Assembly (NCBI GenBank): GCA_977017645.1
Contig: OZ360241.1
Span: 34,472,001-34,536,000 of the forward strand
From: Torpedo marmorata
Lineage: Eukaryota
Reading direction: 5' to 3'
Length of the DNA: 64,000 nt
Positions 52,901 to 63,346 of the stretch are shown here, one piece after another. The translations under genes were made by a program, and so were the position numbers. Each line of letters begins with the position of its first letter. Position 1 is the first letter of the stretch. The notes beneath the pieces were generated by a model that did no database searches, had not been told where the DNA came from, and worked only from the letters and a program-made list of their open reading frames with translations.

Positions 52901-55900
52901 CTTGCAAATTCCTTATGTGCCAATAGAATAATTGTGTGCAGGAGAGCGGATGTGCACAGGCACATTTGAGGCATCATGCAAACATAAACACAGCACTTCC
53001 AAATCGCACAGGACATCTGCATGGGCTGCAGACATTGCACTCTACTCAGCCAAGTATTGCCCTTGTAAAATCCTGCTGCAACATTACTTGAGAGGAATGG
53101 TCTCCAGTGCCTGAAAGTTATCTCTGACTCTTTTCCATGTAATGTGCATCCCAAATTTTGTAGTTCATCATTGTATTCAGTTTTTCTCAGCAAATGACAC
53201 ATCAGGACAAATTAATTTCTCAGAAACACAACAACAGTACGATTAGTGGAACATTAGGCACATCTAATTCAAACTAATGGTTCAAATTAAATTTTTAAAA
53301 TTTAATTTAAAACTGTTTCAGGCAACGGACATACATATTACCTGCAATAAATTGGTTACATAGATAACATCTATGCTCCAAAATTGGTCATCAGTGCAGA
53401 GAAATGTATGAAATCTTAAGTCATACCTTTCTAAATTTACTTAATTGTCTCTCCATCTATTCCACAGCCCAGGAAATGCACAAAGCACCAGAGTGTATGC
53501 AAACTGCACTTTCAGCAATGATTCTGATCCTCAGGAGGTTAACAGTGTTACGTTGTACAACGAGTTCAGAAAGGATTCCAACGGCATCACCTCCTTTCCA
53601 CCATATTCACTGGACAGTAACAGCCTCTATGTGAATGGTATTTATCACCAAAAGGAATAGACTGTTCGTTTCTTATTTATTACACAAAAGTGACCAAATG
53701 TAAAACATTAATGAAACTTTCAATTTTATTCCTTTATTTAATGATATTTCACCTGCTACATGAAGACTATCCTTTATTGTTTCAGGTTACCATGAATCCA
53801 CGCTCTCAACCAGTGAGTACAGTTTTGTTTCTATATTTCACAATATCTTCCCTTTTTACCAGTAGGTAATCACTATAAATATCCTGCATTAAATACTCCC
53901 TAAATGTGGTCAAATTACAGAATCTCCTTGGTCATGATGCATTGATGGCAAGTGTGTAACAATAGAAAGACAATGTGATGTGACCATCCCAATGCCAACA
54001 AAGCTTTCAGCACCGTTGCTGGCCATACATTCCTTCGTGGATCATAAAATAGTGACCATTATTACGGCCCCCAGAATGGTGCAATAATGCAGTCACCCTT
54101 CCATCTGTGTTTGTACCATGTTGCACTGCTTATGGGCCTTCTTGCTCTACAAAATGCAAAGGAAATGAACGAGTGTTTTGATCATTGGATGCATTTCCTG
54201 CAATGTCTTTGGGTGATTTGCTTGCTGTGATTTAACAGCTGGCAATGTGTGCAAACTATTAGAATAAATGTGACACTTGGAACAATGATTCCATTGTGGG
54301 CTCTTGAAATGTTTGCCCCAATGCTGACTGACAGAGATTGTCAGGGGAGTGACGAATGTGCAATGTCTTGAGCAGTGTGTCTGCCCAGTGATGCTCTGAG
54401 TGTGTGACAACATTTGATGATTTATCCAATGTTGGAATGACATGAGAGCTCATAACACGAGAGTTATGTCTGTGCCTTTGAAGCTTGCCCTGTGTGAAGG
54501 GGACTGACAGTTGGTCAGTAATTGTTGAATGATGATAATTTAGATGGTGCAGAAAATCCACACAGCTCCTGCCCTTGGCTAATTGAATGCAGGAAGAACC
54601 ACACACTAATGGCACCTACTTTTTCACAGTCCTCACCAATTGAGCACAGAAGATGTTATATTTGTAGCCGTTTCATCATCATTATCCTCACAGAAATTCT
54701 GTGTGTGCTGTCTTCCAGTCCACTGAATATCAGACTCATTATGGATTGATAATATTCATGTGGATATCTCAAACAAAAACTGTATCGACCAGAAATTAGA
54801 ACGACAATACCAATATGAAAAAATGCACAAGATTCCAACACAGCTTTAATCAAATTCTCCTCTGCACCAGGACGCTGACAATGCCTTGGTCTATTGTTAG
54901 GGCAGTTGTGATCCTCATTACAAATTATTGCTCGTGCAGTGTTCACACATTATGGCAAGTGAAATAGTTAACAATGTTTTCAGCATCACTGCTTGCCGCA
55001 CATTCCATCAGAGCCTTTCGAATGTTGCGCATCATTTCTTCCTCAAGAAAGGTGCAACAATGCAGTCTCCCTCTTCATTTGAGAGTTTGGATGCATGTAC
55101 TGGTCAAGCAATAACTTCTGCAAGGCAGAGAATAACAAATGCGTGTTTTTGATCATTCGTCTGTTTCATGCAATACATTTGGGTGAGATGCTTGATCTGC
55201 TTGAATACCTTGTTATGTGTGCCAAATCTAAGTATGGGTGAGAGTTGCAACAATGATTCGTTGCTTAAATGTCGGCAAATTTGTAGATGTTGTTATTGTC
55301 GTACCGAGCTACAGTCATGGGTGTAAAGTGAGTAGAGCAGGGAGATAAGAATGCAGCGCTGTGGTGCTCCAGTACTAGTGGAGATGTACTTACCAATCCT
55401 CACTGATTGTAGTCTGGAGGTGAGGAAATCAATCATCCAATTACACAGTGGGATGTTGAGTCCCAGCTCAGAGTTTGCTGATCAGATTTGAGGGGATGAT
55501 GGTGTTAAATGCCAAACTGAAATGCATTGAGTATCTGCAAACAGGTCATTGAAGTTTTTATTGTGCTGTGTCTGGGACTTGTACTTTTTTTCCCTTGACT
55601 AAGGGGAACAAGAGTTGGTCATTGTGTTTGAACAGTGATATTGTGAATTTTAGGAGGCAGCATAAAACTTGTACTGTTCGTTTACTTGGCTGAATTGCAC
55701 AACAAGTGGCATTGGTTGTTTCCCAATTCAATCCACTGAAAACTTAAAATGTGTGCTTTCAAATTCATGCGTCATTATTATCCTCGTGTCAGGCACACTG
55801 ATGGAATGCTGATAGACAGATGCATATCTCAAACAAAATGGCCAAAAAACAGAAATTAGAGCGACAATAGGAATTTGGAGAAATGTTCAAGACTCCAACT

Positions 55901-58900
55901 CAGTGTCAATCACATCCTTTTCTGCAGCAGGACAGAGACAATTCCATGTTCACTGGTTAGACCAGTTCCAAAACCAATAATAAATGCAATGGACACAACT
56001 GTTGAATACCAACATTGTCTCTGCCCTTTGCATCACATCTGGTCCCAATAAGGTGGAACAACAGCAATAAATATTCAGTTGTCCTCACATCGATGGTTAA
56101 CCTCTCCTTTGACCATAAGATGAAAATGATTCAGCAAGAGGATTCTTTAACTCTCAGGTTAACATTTTTACTAATTTTTCTCAACAGCACCACCACCAAT
56201 TCAGACCACATCTCCAATTTTACCAGTGAATATCTTTGAATTTAACGTGACCTTCGTTATAACTAACTTGGCCTCAACAGTAGATTTACAAAATCCAAAT
56301 TCTTCGTTGTTCAAATCTGCTACACGTCTTATTGTATCCCAGGTCAGTTGACAATTTAATGATTGAGACAATTAAATGATTACTTGTAGTTTATTTCATC
56401 TAAAACTCCAACGGTTACTTTCCCACAGCTCAGCCAAATCTATAACAACAGTAATATCAAAAAAACATTCTCAAGCTGCAAAGTTCTCTCGTTCAGGTAA
56501 GGGATCTTGATAATAATCCTGATAAATACTTGCTTCAACAGTGTGTTTTACTTTCGTAAAATGACTTGACAATGCAAATGAATTTCCATTTCCCCATGAT
56601 AGTTTCATCGTAAAATGGAAGGTTACTTAAGATGTTAATTCTGTGAAAATTGATTCCCAAAGCAAAATTGTACATTTGCAAAGTGTTACACAAAGTCCAT
56701 GCCTGTACTTGCAAATTCCTCGTGTGCCAAATGCATAATTGTGTGCAGGAGAATGGATGTGCACTGCCACATCCTGAGGCATTAAGCAAACATCAGCTCA
56801 GCAATTCCAGATTCCACAGGATATCTGCATGTTCCAAAGATATCGCTCTCGACTCAGGCAAGTGCTGCCCTTGAGTGCTTGTAAATCCTACTACAACAGT
56901 ACTTGAGAGGAACAGGATCCTGGTCATCGATTACCATTCCTGAAATTTACCTCCAATTCTGTTCCACGTAATGTGCTTTCCCAATATCGTAGCTCATTCT
57001 TGTGCAAAAGTATTAATTTTTTCTGAGCAAATAACTTTTCAGAACAAATTAATTCCTCAGAAACTCAACAACACTAGAAGGCATTGACTTATTTGGCAAA
57101 TCTAATTCAAACTAATAAATCAAACTATTTCAGGCAACGGAAATTGATATTACTGCAATAAATTGATAACATGGATGACATCTAAGTCCCAACGTTTCAA
57201 TTCAATACAGAAAAATGTATGAAATCTTAAGTGATACATTTGTAGGTTACTTGAATTGTCTCTCCATCTATTCCACAGCCCAGGAAATGCACAAAGCACC
57301 AGAGTGTATGCAAACTGCACTTTCAGCAATGACTCTGATCCTCAGGAGGTTAACAGCGTTACAGTGTACAATGAGTTCAGAAAGTACACCAACGGCATCA
57401 ACACATTTCCACCATATTCACTGGACAGTAACAGCCTCTATGTGAATGGTATCTATCACCAAAAGCAATGTCTATTCTTTTCTGATTTATTACACAAAAG
57501 TGTCCAAATGAAAAAATAATCATGAAACTTTCAATTTTAATTCTTTCTTTTTAAATATTTCATGTGCTACATGAAGACTATGTTTTTTTCAGGTTATCAC
57601 GAATCCACGCTTTCAACCAGTGAGTACAGATTTGTTTCTATATTTCACCACCTCTTCCCTTTTAAGCAGGAGAAAATAACTATAAATATCCTGTATTAAA
57701 TACTCGCTAAATGAAGTCAAATGCAGACTCCTTGGTCATGATGCATTGATGGCAAGTGGGTAACAATAGGAAGACAATGTGATGTGGCCATCCCAATGCC
57801 AAAAATGCTTTCAGCACCACGGCTTGCCAGCCATTTCTTGGCTGTCCTGGCTCTGCAAAATGAAAGTGAAATGAATGAATGTTTTGATCCAAGGACATTG
57901 CCTGCAATGTCTTTAGGTGATTTGATTGCTACGATTTAACAGTTGGCATTGGGTGCAAACCATGAGTACAGATGTGACACTTGGAACAGTGATTCCATTG
58001 TGGGCTCTTGAAGTGTTTGGCCTAATGCTGACTGACAGAGATTGTCAGGTGAGTGATGAAGGTGCAATGTCTAGAGCAGTGTGTCAGCCCCCTGATGCTG
58101 TGAGAGGGTGACGACATTTGATGATGTACTCAATGTTGCAGCGACATGAGAGGTCAATAAAGTTTTATGCTGTCATGTCTGTGCCTTTGAAGCTTGCACT
58201 GTGTGAAGGGGACCAACAGTTGGCCAGTAATTGCTGAATCATGAGAATTTGGATGGTGCAGAAAATCTATACAGCTTCTGCCCTTGGCTAATTCAACACA
58301 GGAAGAACCACACACCAATGGCACATTCCGCTTCAAAGTTCTCCCCATTTAGCACATAAGAAGTTTAATATTTATAGGTTAGACATCATCATTATCCTCC
58401 CAGAAATTCTGTGTGTGCTGTCTTCCTGTCCTTTGAATATCGGAAACATTAGTGGATTGATGATAGACATGTACATATCTCAAACAGAAATGATAGCAGC
58501 CAGCAATTAGAGCTACCAATTTGAGAAAATGTACAAGACTGCAACACAGCGTTAATCAAAACCTCTTCTGCACCAGAACACCGAATTACAATAGTCAACA
58601 ATGTTTACAGCTTCACTGCTCACTATGAGCGCACACAGTTGGTCATAACAGGTTAAACAGTGAGTTTGTGAAAATTAGGAGGTAGCAGAAAATTAGTACT
58701 GTTTATTTATTTTGCTGAATTGCACAAGTAGCAATGATTGTTTCCCACTCCAATCCAACTGAGAACTTAAAATGTGAGCTTTCAAGTTGATGCGTCATTA
58801 TTATCCTCAACAGAAATTCAGTGAAGGTGACTTCTGGCCCCACCTCATGTCAGGCACACTGATGGAATGCTGATAGACAGATGCATATCACAAACAGAAG

Positions 58901-61900
58901 GGGCAAACAACAGAAATTAGAGCTACAATACCAATTTGGAGAAATGTTCAAGACTCCAACTCAGTGTCAATCACAACCTTTTCTGCACAAGGACACAGAC
59001 AATTCCATGTTCCTGGTTAGACCAGTTCTGAAACTAATAATAAATGCAATAGACAAAACTGTTGAATACCAACATTGTCTCTGCTCTTTGCAGCACATCT
59101 GGTCCCATTAGGTCGAACAACAGCAGAAAACATTCTGCTGCCCTTCTGACATCCATGATAAACCTATCTTCTGTCGATAGGAAACAAATGATTCAGCAAT
59201 TAGAAGTTTTAACGATCAGATGAATAATTTTTCTCATTTTTCTGCACAGCACCACCACCAATTCAGGATATGAATCCCTTTGATTTTAATGTGACCTTCG
59301 TTATAACTGACTTGGCTTCTACAGAGTTCTTACAAAATCCCAATTCTTCATTGTACAAATCTACTTCTCGTCTTATTGTTGACCAGGTCAGTTGACAATT
59401 TAATAATTGAGATAATTAAATGATTACTTGTGGTTTATTTCAACTAAAACTCCAACTGTTGCTTTCCTGCAGCTGAACAAACTGTTTAGGAACAGCAAAA
59501 TTAATAAAAGATTCTCAAGCTGCGAAGTTCTCTCATTACGGTATGGATTTTTGATATTCTTCATGATTAGTACTTGTTTCTAAACTGTGTGATTTTAGTA
59601 AAATTAGATGGCACCGTAAAAGCACTCACATTCCTGCATGATAATTCTCATGGTAAAAGTGGAAAGATTACATAAGCTGTTGTTTTTGTGAAAAATCATT
59701 CACAAAACAAAATTGAGCATTTGCAGAGAGTAACACATATTCCATGCTGGTGCTTGCAAATTCCTTATGTGCCAATTGAATAATTGTGTGCAGAAGAGCG
59801 GATGTGCACAGGCACATTTGAGGCATCATGCAAACATAAACACAGCACTTCCAAATCGCACAGGACATCTGCGTGGGCCGCAGACATTGCACTCTACACA
59901 GCCAAGTATTGACCTTGAGTGCTTGTAAAATCCTGCTGCAACATTACTTGAGAGGTACGGTCTCCAGTGCCTGAAAGTTACCTCCGACTCTCTTCCATGT
60001 AATGTGCTTCCCCAATTTTGTAGTTCATCCTTGTATTCAGTTTTTCTCAGCAAATGACACATCAGGACAAATTAATTTCTCAGAAACACAACAGTACGTT
60101 TCATGGAACATTAGGCACATCTAATTCATACTAATGGTTCAAATTAAATTTTAAAAATTTAATTTAAAACTGTTTCAGGCAACGGACATACATATTACCT
60201 GCAATAAATTGGTTACATAGATAACATCTATGCCCCAAAATTGGTCATCAGTGCAGAGAATAGTATGAAATCTTAAGTCATACCTTTCTAAATTTACTTG
60301 AATTTTCTCTCCATCTATTCCACAGCCAAGGAAATGCACAAAGCACCAGAGTGTATGCAAACTGCACTTTCAGCAATGACTCTGATCCTCAAGAGGTTAA
60401 CAGTGTTACGTTGTACAATGGGTTCAGAAAGGACACCAACGGCATCACCTCCTTTCCACCATATTCACTGGACAGTAACAGCCTCTATGTGAATGGTATT
60501 TATCACCAAAAGGAATTGCCTATTCTTTTCTTATTTATTACACAAAAGTGACCAAATGTAAAACATCAATGAAACTTTCAATTTTATTCCTTTATTTAAT
60601 GATATTTCACCTGCTACATGAAGACTATCCTTTATTGTTTCAGGTTACCATGAATCCACGCTCTCAACCAGTGAGTACAGTTTTGTTTCTATATTTCACT
60701 ACATCTTCCCTTTTTACCAGTTGGTAATCACTATAAATATCCTGCATTAAATACTCCCTAAATGTGGTCAAATTACAGAATCTCCTTGGTCATGATGCAT
60801 TGATGGCAAGTGTGTAACAATAGAAAGACAATGTGATGTGACCATCCCAAAGCTTTCAGCACCGTTGCTGGCCATACATTCCTTCGTGGATCATAAAATA
60901 GTGACCATTATTACGGCCCCCAGAATGGTGCAATAATGCAGTCACCCTTCCATCTGTGTTTGTGCCATGTTGCACTGCTTATGGGCCTTCTTGCTCTACA
61001 AAACGCAAAGGAAATGAACGAGTGTTTTGATGATTGGATGCATTTCCTGCAATGTCTTTGGGTGATTTGCTTGCTGTGATTTAACAGCTGGCAATGTGTG
61101 CAAACTATTAGAATAAATGTGACACTTGGAACAATGATTCCATTGTGGGCTCTTGAAATCTTTGCCCCAATGCTGACTGACAGAGATTATCAGGTGAGTG
61201 ATGAATGTGCAATGTCTTGAGCAGTGTGTCTGCCCAGTGATGCTCTGAGTGTGTGACAACATTTGATGATTTATCCAATGTTGGAATGACATGAGAGCTC
61301 ATAACACGAGAGTTATGTCTGTGCCTTTGAAGCTTGCCCTGTGTGAAGGGGACTGACAGTTGGTCAGTAATTGTTGAATGATGATAATTTGGATGGTGCA
61401 GAAAATCCACACAGCTCCTGCCCTTGGCTAATTGAATGCAGGAAGAACCACACACCAATGGCACCTACTTTTTCACAGTCCTCACCAATTGAGCACAGAA
61501 GATGTTATATTTGTAGCCGTTTCATCATCATTATCCTCACAGAAATTCTGTGTGTGCTGTCTTCCAGTCCACTGAATATCAGACTCATTATGGATTGATA
61601 ATAGACATGTGGATATCTCAAACAAAAACTGTATCGACCAGAAATTAGAACGACAATACCAATATGAAAAAATGAACAAGATTCCAACACAGCTTTAATC
61701 AAATTCTCCTCTGCACCAGGACGCTGACAATGCCTTGGTCTATTGTTAGGGCAGTTGTGATCCTCATTACAAATTATTGCTCGTGCAGTGTTCACACATT
61801 ATGGCAAGTGAAATAGTTAACAATGTTTTCAGCATCACTGCTTGCCGCACATTCCATCAGAGCCTTTCGAATGTTGCGCATCATTTCTTCCTCAAGAAAG

Positions 61901-63346
61901 GTGCAACAATGCAGTCTCCCTCTTCATTTGAGAGTTTGGCTGCATGTACTGGTCAAGCAATAACTTCAGCAAGGCAGAGAATAACAAATGCGTGTTTTTG
62001 ATCATTCGTCGGTTTCATGCAATACATTTGGGTGAGATGCTTGATCTGCTTGAATACCTTGTTATGTGTGCCAAATCTAAGTATGGGTGAGAGTTGGAAC
62101 AATGATTTGTTGCTTAAATGTCGGCAAATTTGTAGATGTTGTTATTGTCGTACCGAGCTACAGTCGTGGGTGTAAAGTGAGTAGAGCAGGGAGATAAGAA
62201 CGCAGCTTTGTGGTGCTCCAGTACTAGTTGAGATGTACTTACCAATCCTCACTGATTGTAGTCTGGAGGTGAGGAAATCAATCATCCAATTACACAGTGG
62301 GATGTTGAGTCCCAGCTCAGAGTTTGCTGATCAGTTTTGAGGGGATGATGGTGTTAAATGCCAAACTGAAATGAATTGAGTATCTGCAAACAGGTCATTG
62401 AAGTTTTTATTGTGCTGTGTCTGGGACTTGTGTTTTTTTTTCCCTTGGCTAAGGGGAACAAGAGTTGGTCATTGTGTTTGAACAGTGATATTGTGAATTT
62501 TAGGAGGCAGCATAAAATTTGTACTGTTCGTTTACTTGGCTGAATTGCACAACAAGTGGCATTGGTTGTTTCCCAATTCAATCCACTGAAAACTTAAAAT
62601 GTGTGCTTTTAAATTCATGCGTCATTATTATCCTCGTGTCAGGCACACTGATGGAATGCTGATAGACAGATGCATATCTCAAACAAAATGGCCAAAAAAC
62701 AGAAATTAGAGCGACAATAGGAATTTGGAGAAATGTTCAAGACTCCAACTCAGTGTCAATCACATCCTTTTCTGCAGCAGGACAGAGACAATTCCATGTT
62801 CACTGGTTAGACCAGTTCCAAAACCAATAATAAATGCAATGGACACAACTGTTGAATACCAACATTGTCTCTGCACTTTGCATCACATCTGGTCCCAATA
62901 AGGTGGAACAACAGCAATAAATATTCAGTTGTCCTCACATCGATGGTTAACCTCTCCTTTGACCATAAGATGCAAATGATTCAGCAAGAGGATTCTTTAA
63001 CTCTCAGGTTAACATTTTTACTAATTTTTCTCAACAGCACCACCACCAATTCAGACCACATCTCCAATTTTACCAGTGAATATCTTTGAATTTAACGTGA
63101 CCTTCGTTATAACTAACTTGGCCTCAACAGTGGATTTACAAAATCCAAATTCTTCGTTGTTCAAATCTGCTACACGTCTTATTGTATCCCAGGTCAGTTG
63201 ACAATTTAATGATTGAGACAATTAAATGATTACTTGTAGTTTATTTCATCTAAAACTCCAACGGTTACTTTCCCACAGCTCAGCCAAATCTATAACAACA
63301 GTAATATCAAAAAAACATTCTCAAGCTGCAAAGTTCTCTCGTTCAG
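155..63346 (+). CDS. MUC16: Partial multi-exon mucin gene: PTS exons plus tandem MUC16-type SEA domains (mucin-16-like; orthology unproven); extends beyond both window ends
   Basis: About 60 exons with canonical AG/GT sites that splice in one open frame. SEA motifs [20 protein letters not shown](F/Y).NS.I...[19 protein letters not shown] resemble the MUC16 repeat (FTLNFTITNL...LFKNTS...YSGC...LDRNSLYVNGF). Thr/Ser/Ala-rich exons lie between and upstream. Confidence 0.85.
621..779 (+). CDS. PTS mucin exon (159 bp)
   Basis: ttgcag|AAAC...ACTG|gtgagc; open Thr-rich frame. Confidence 0.85.
1075..1233 (+). CDS. PTS mucin exon (159 bp)
   Basis: ttccag|AAAC...ACTG|gtgagt. Confidence 0.85.
1955..4448 (+). 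mobile_element. 5'-truncated degenerate Rex1/Babar-clade LINE (reverse transcriptase pseudogene)
   Basis: RT motifs [45 protein letters not shown] with stops and frameshifts; 3' tail AATAAA(TCTGAAA)2; 5' boundary approximate. Confidence 0.9.
3601..4194. mobile_element. Non-autonomous TIR element (MITE, possibly PIF/Harbinger-like) nested in the LINE 3' end
   Basis: TIRs CCCTTTTATAGTGCAA (3603) and TTGCACCATAAAAAGGG (~4177-4193); related end in reverse orientation at ~47400-47661. Confidence 0.7.
4794..4952 (+). CDS. PTS mucin exon (159 bp)
   Basis: ttgcag|AAAC...ACTG|gtgagc; [24 protein letters not shown]... Confidence 0.85.
5550..5702 (+). CDS. PTS mucin exon (153 bp)
   Basis: ttccag|AAAC...ACTG|gtgagt; two in-frame codon deletions. 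Confidence 0.85.
6003..6161 (+). CDS. PTS mucin exon (159 bp)
   Basis: ttccag|AAAC...ACTG|gtgagt. Confidence 0.85.
6923..7078 (+). pseudogene. PTS pseudo-exon, donor lost
   Basis: Acceptor intact, donor ACTG|atgagt (GT>AT). Confidence 0.7.
7372..7524 (+). pseudogene. PTS pseudo-exon, acceptor lost
   Basis: ttccaa|AAAC (AG>AA), donor intact. Confidence 0.7.
7830..7988 (+). pseudogene. Divergent PTS pseudo-exon, acceptor lost
   Basis: No AG at the homologous position; donor ATCG|gtgagt intact; frame open. Confidence 0.6.
8007..8273 (-). mobile_element. tRNA-derived V-SINE (HE1-like) with CR1-type 3' end
   Basis: Reverse strand has an A-box-like head, B-box GGTTCGAATCC, V-domain TTCTCCCCGTGTCTGCGTGGGTTT and an (A-rich/TTAAAA) tail. 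Confidence 0.85.
8331..11326 (-). mobile_element. Decayed L1-clade LINE ORF2 (endonuclease end, RT, Cys/His motif), truncated at both ends
   Basis: YSRIDYF...[54 protein letters not shown] and CDRC...HMFWAC spread over several frameshifted ORFs. Confidence 0.92.
11500..12284. mobile_element. Tc1/mariner (Tigger-like) non-autonomous element
   Basis: TIRs CAGGTAGACCCCTACTTACGA (11500) and TCGTAAGTCTGGGTCTATCTG (ends 12284); a third, internal TIR ends at 11581. Confidence 0.75.
11620..11890. repeat. GC-rich minisatellite, 24-27-bp unit (GGCAGCGGGGACGTCGGCCTCAC...)
   Basis: About 9 tandem copies flanked by inverted copies (GACGTCCCCGCT). Confidence 0.85.
12900..13180 (+). mobile_element. CR1-type LINE fragment (its 3' part is recopied at the start of every large unit: 22605, 32441, 42225)
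   Basis: gactgagggatgaccttagtgagatatataaaattatga...gagagggatttaagagggacctga. Confidence 0.6.
13233..13391 (+). CDS. PTS exon A, unit 1 (159 bp)
   Basis: ttccag|CAAC...ACTG|gtgagt; [19 protein letters not shown]... Confidence 0.85.
13699..13827 (+). CDS. PTS exon B, unit 1 (129 bp)
   Basis: ttctag|CAAC...ATAG|gtgcgt; [19 protein letters not shown]... Confidence 0.75.
13970..14484. mobile_element. Palindromic Penelope-like remnant with hammerhead-like motifs and a nested V-SINE (unit 1, right arm deleted)
   Basis: Inverted arms; motif CCTTGATGAAGGGCTCAAGCCCGAAAC on both strands; SINE at ~14122-14312 (-). Confidence 0.6.
14562..14690 (+). pseudogene. PTS exon C, unit 1, acceptor lost
   Basis: actgcac| instead of gctgcag| seen in units 2-4. 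Confidence 0.65.
15363..18411 (+). CDS. SEA module 1 (type A)
   Basis: Exons 15363-15520, 15608-15675, 16793-16962, 18385-18411; phases 1-0-2-1-1; LFNITFNV...[23 protein letters not shown]...[14 protein letters not shown]. Confidence 0.9.
17115..17890. repeat. Pyrimidine-rich ~21-bp VNTR (TCTGCTGCCTGTCCCTCCCAG), unit 1
   Basis: Direct tandem repeats; shorter copies at 27388-27730, 37225-37550, 47015-47235. Confidence 0.9.
18904..22231 (+). CDS. SEA module 2 (type B)
   Basis: Exons 18904-19058, 19145-19212, 21887-22056, 22205-22231. Confidence 0.9.
19657..21532. mobile_element. hAT-type non-autonomous DNA transposon, unit 1
   Basis: TIRs CATAGGCGTATCTAGGG / CCCTAGATACGCCACTG, 8-bp TSD GATAACAG, empty site at 49981-49988. 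Confidence 0.9.
21226..21303. repeat. (TG)n microsatellite with CG interruption
   Basis: Seen directly; length variants at 31066-31130 and 40884-40917. Confidence 0.95.
22864..23022 (+). CDS. PTS exon A, unit 2
   Basis: AG/GT intact, 159 bp. Confidence 0.85.
23328..23456 (+). CDS. PTS exon B, unit 2
   Basis: AG/GT intact, 129 bp. Confidence 0.75.
23599..24155. mobile_element. Palindromic Penelope-like remnant with hammerhead-like motifs and nested V-SINE (unit 2, complete)
   Basis: 12-bp flanking direct repeat TCATAAGAAACA (23587-23598, 24156-24167); inverted arms; SINE at ~23750-23940 (-). Confidence 0.65.
24168..24360 (-). mobile_element. CR1-type LINE 3' end (also at ~34008-34200 and ~43788-43980)
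   Basis: Reverse complement resembles the CR1 3' end at 12520-12710. Confidence 0.6.
24830..24958 (+). CDS. PTS exon C, unit 2 (129 bp)
   Basis: ctgcag|AATT...ACAG|gtgaag; [20 protein letters not shown]... Confidence 0.7.
25631..28252 (+). CDS. SEA module 3 (type A)
   Basis: Exons 25631-25788, 25876-25943, 27067-27236, 28226-28252. Confidence 0.9.
28745..32058 (+). CDS. SEA module 4 (type B)
   Basis: Exons 28745-28899, 28986-29053, 31714-31883, 32032-32058. Confidence 0.9.
29497..31359. mobile_element. hAT-type element, unit 2
   Basis: Same TIRs and GATAACAG TSD. Confidence 0.9.
32700..32858 (+). CDS. PTS exon A, unit 3
   Basis: AG/GT intact, 159 bp. Confidence 0.85.
33166..33294 (+). 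pseudogene. PTS exon B, unit 3, donor lost
   Basis: ATAG|atgcgt (GT>AT). Confidence 0.7.
33437..33995. mobile_element. Palindromic Penelope-like remnant, unit 3
   Basis: Same structure as 23599-24155. Confidence 0.65.
34671..34799 (+). CDS. PTS exon C, unit 3
   Basis: AG/GT intact, 129 bp. Confidence 0.7.
35472..38073 (+). CDS. SEA module 5 (type A)
   Basis: Exons 35472-35629, 35717-35784, 36904-37073, 38047-38073. Confidence 0.9.
38566..41842 (+). CDS. SEA module 6 (type B)
   Basis: Exons 38566-38720, 38807-38874, 41498-41667, 41816-41842. Confidence 0.9.
39318..41147. mobile_element. hAT-type element, unit 3
   Basis: Same TIRs (slightly mutated) and TSD. Confidence 0.88.
42484..42642 (+). 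CDS. PTS exon A, unit 4
   Basis: AG/GT intact, 159 bp. Confidence 0.85.
42948..43076 (+). pseudogene. PTS exon B, unit 4, donor lost
   Basis: ATAG|atgcgt. Confidence 0.7.
43219..43775. mobile_element. Palindromic Penelope-like remnant, unit 4
   Basis: Same structure as 23599-24155. Confidence 0.65.
44450..44578 (+). CDS. PTS exon C, unit 4
   Basis: AG/GT intact, 129 bp. Confidence 0.7.
45251..48740 (+). CDS. SEA module 7 (type A)
   Basis: Exons 45251-45408, 45496-45563, 46695-46864, 48714-48740. Confidence 0.9.
47238..47661 (-). mobile_element. One-ended copy of the 3601-4194 MITE family, unit 4 only
   Basis: Ends ...CACTATAAATGGGCC then TTAA; reverse complement is similar to 3601-3830; GAGGGAGCGG repeats on the left; left boundary approximate. 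Confidence 0.65.
47735..48484 (+). mobile_element. Internally deleted Rex1-clade LINE, unit 4 only
   Basis: FPNQKPW...AFKAGD fused to the C-terminal [12 protein letters not shown]...KDPHHPGH; tail AATAAA(TTCTGA)4; other units read ctgcctgat|ctgtt with no insert. Confidence 0.88.
49237..50674 (+). CDS. SEA module 8
   Basis: Exons 49237-49391, 49478-49545, 50331-50500, 50648-50674. Confidence 0.9.
52399..53812 (+). CDS. SEA module 9 (type C)
   Basis: Exons 52399-52535, 52622-52689, 53468-53637, 53786-53812; [11 protein letters not shown]...[28 protein letters not shown]. Confidence 0.9.
55268..55520 (-). mobile_element. Rex1-clade RT fragment
   Basis: Reverse complement matches ~2653-2915 (AFNTIIP...GAPQ...KFAD). 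Confidence 0.8.
56188..57619 (+). CDS. SEA module 10
   Basis: Exons 56188-56342, 56429-56496, 57279-57448, 57593-57619. Confidence 0.9.
59250..60670 (+). CDS. SEA module 11 (type C)
   Basis: Exons 59250-59386, 59473-59540, 60326-60495, 60644-60670. Confidence 0.9.
62118..62370 (-). mobile_element. Rex1-clade RT fragment (duplicate of 55268-55520)
   Basis: Same sequence at +6850 bp. Confidence 0.8.
63038..63346 (+). CDS. SEA module 12, first two exons (rest outside window)
   Basis: Exons 63038-63192, 63279-63346. Confidence 0.88.
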
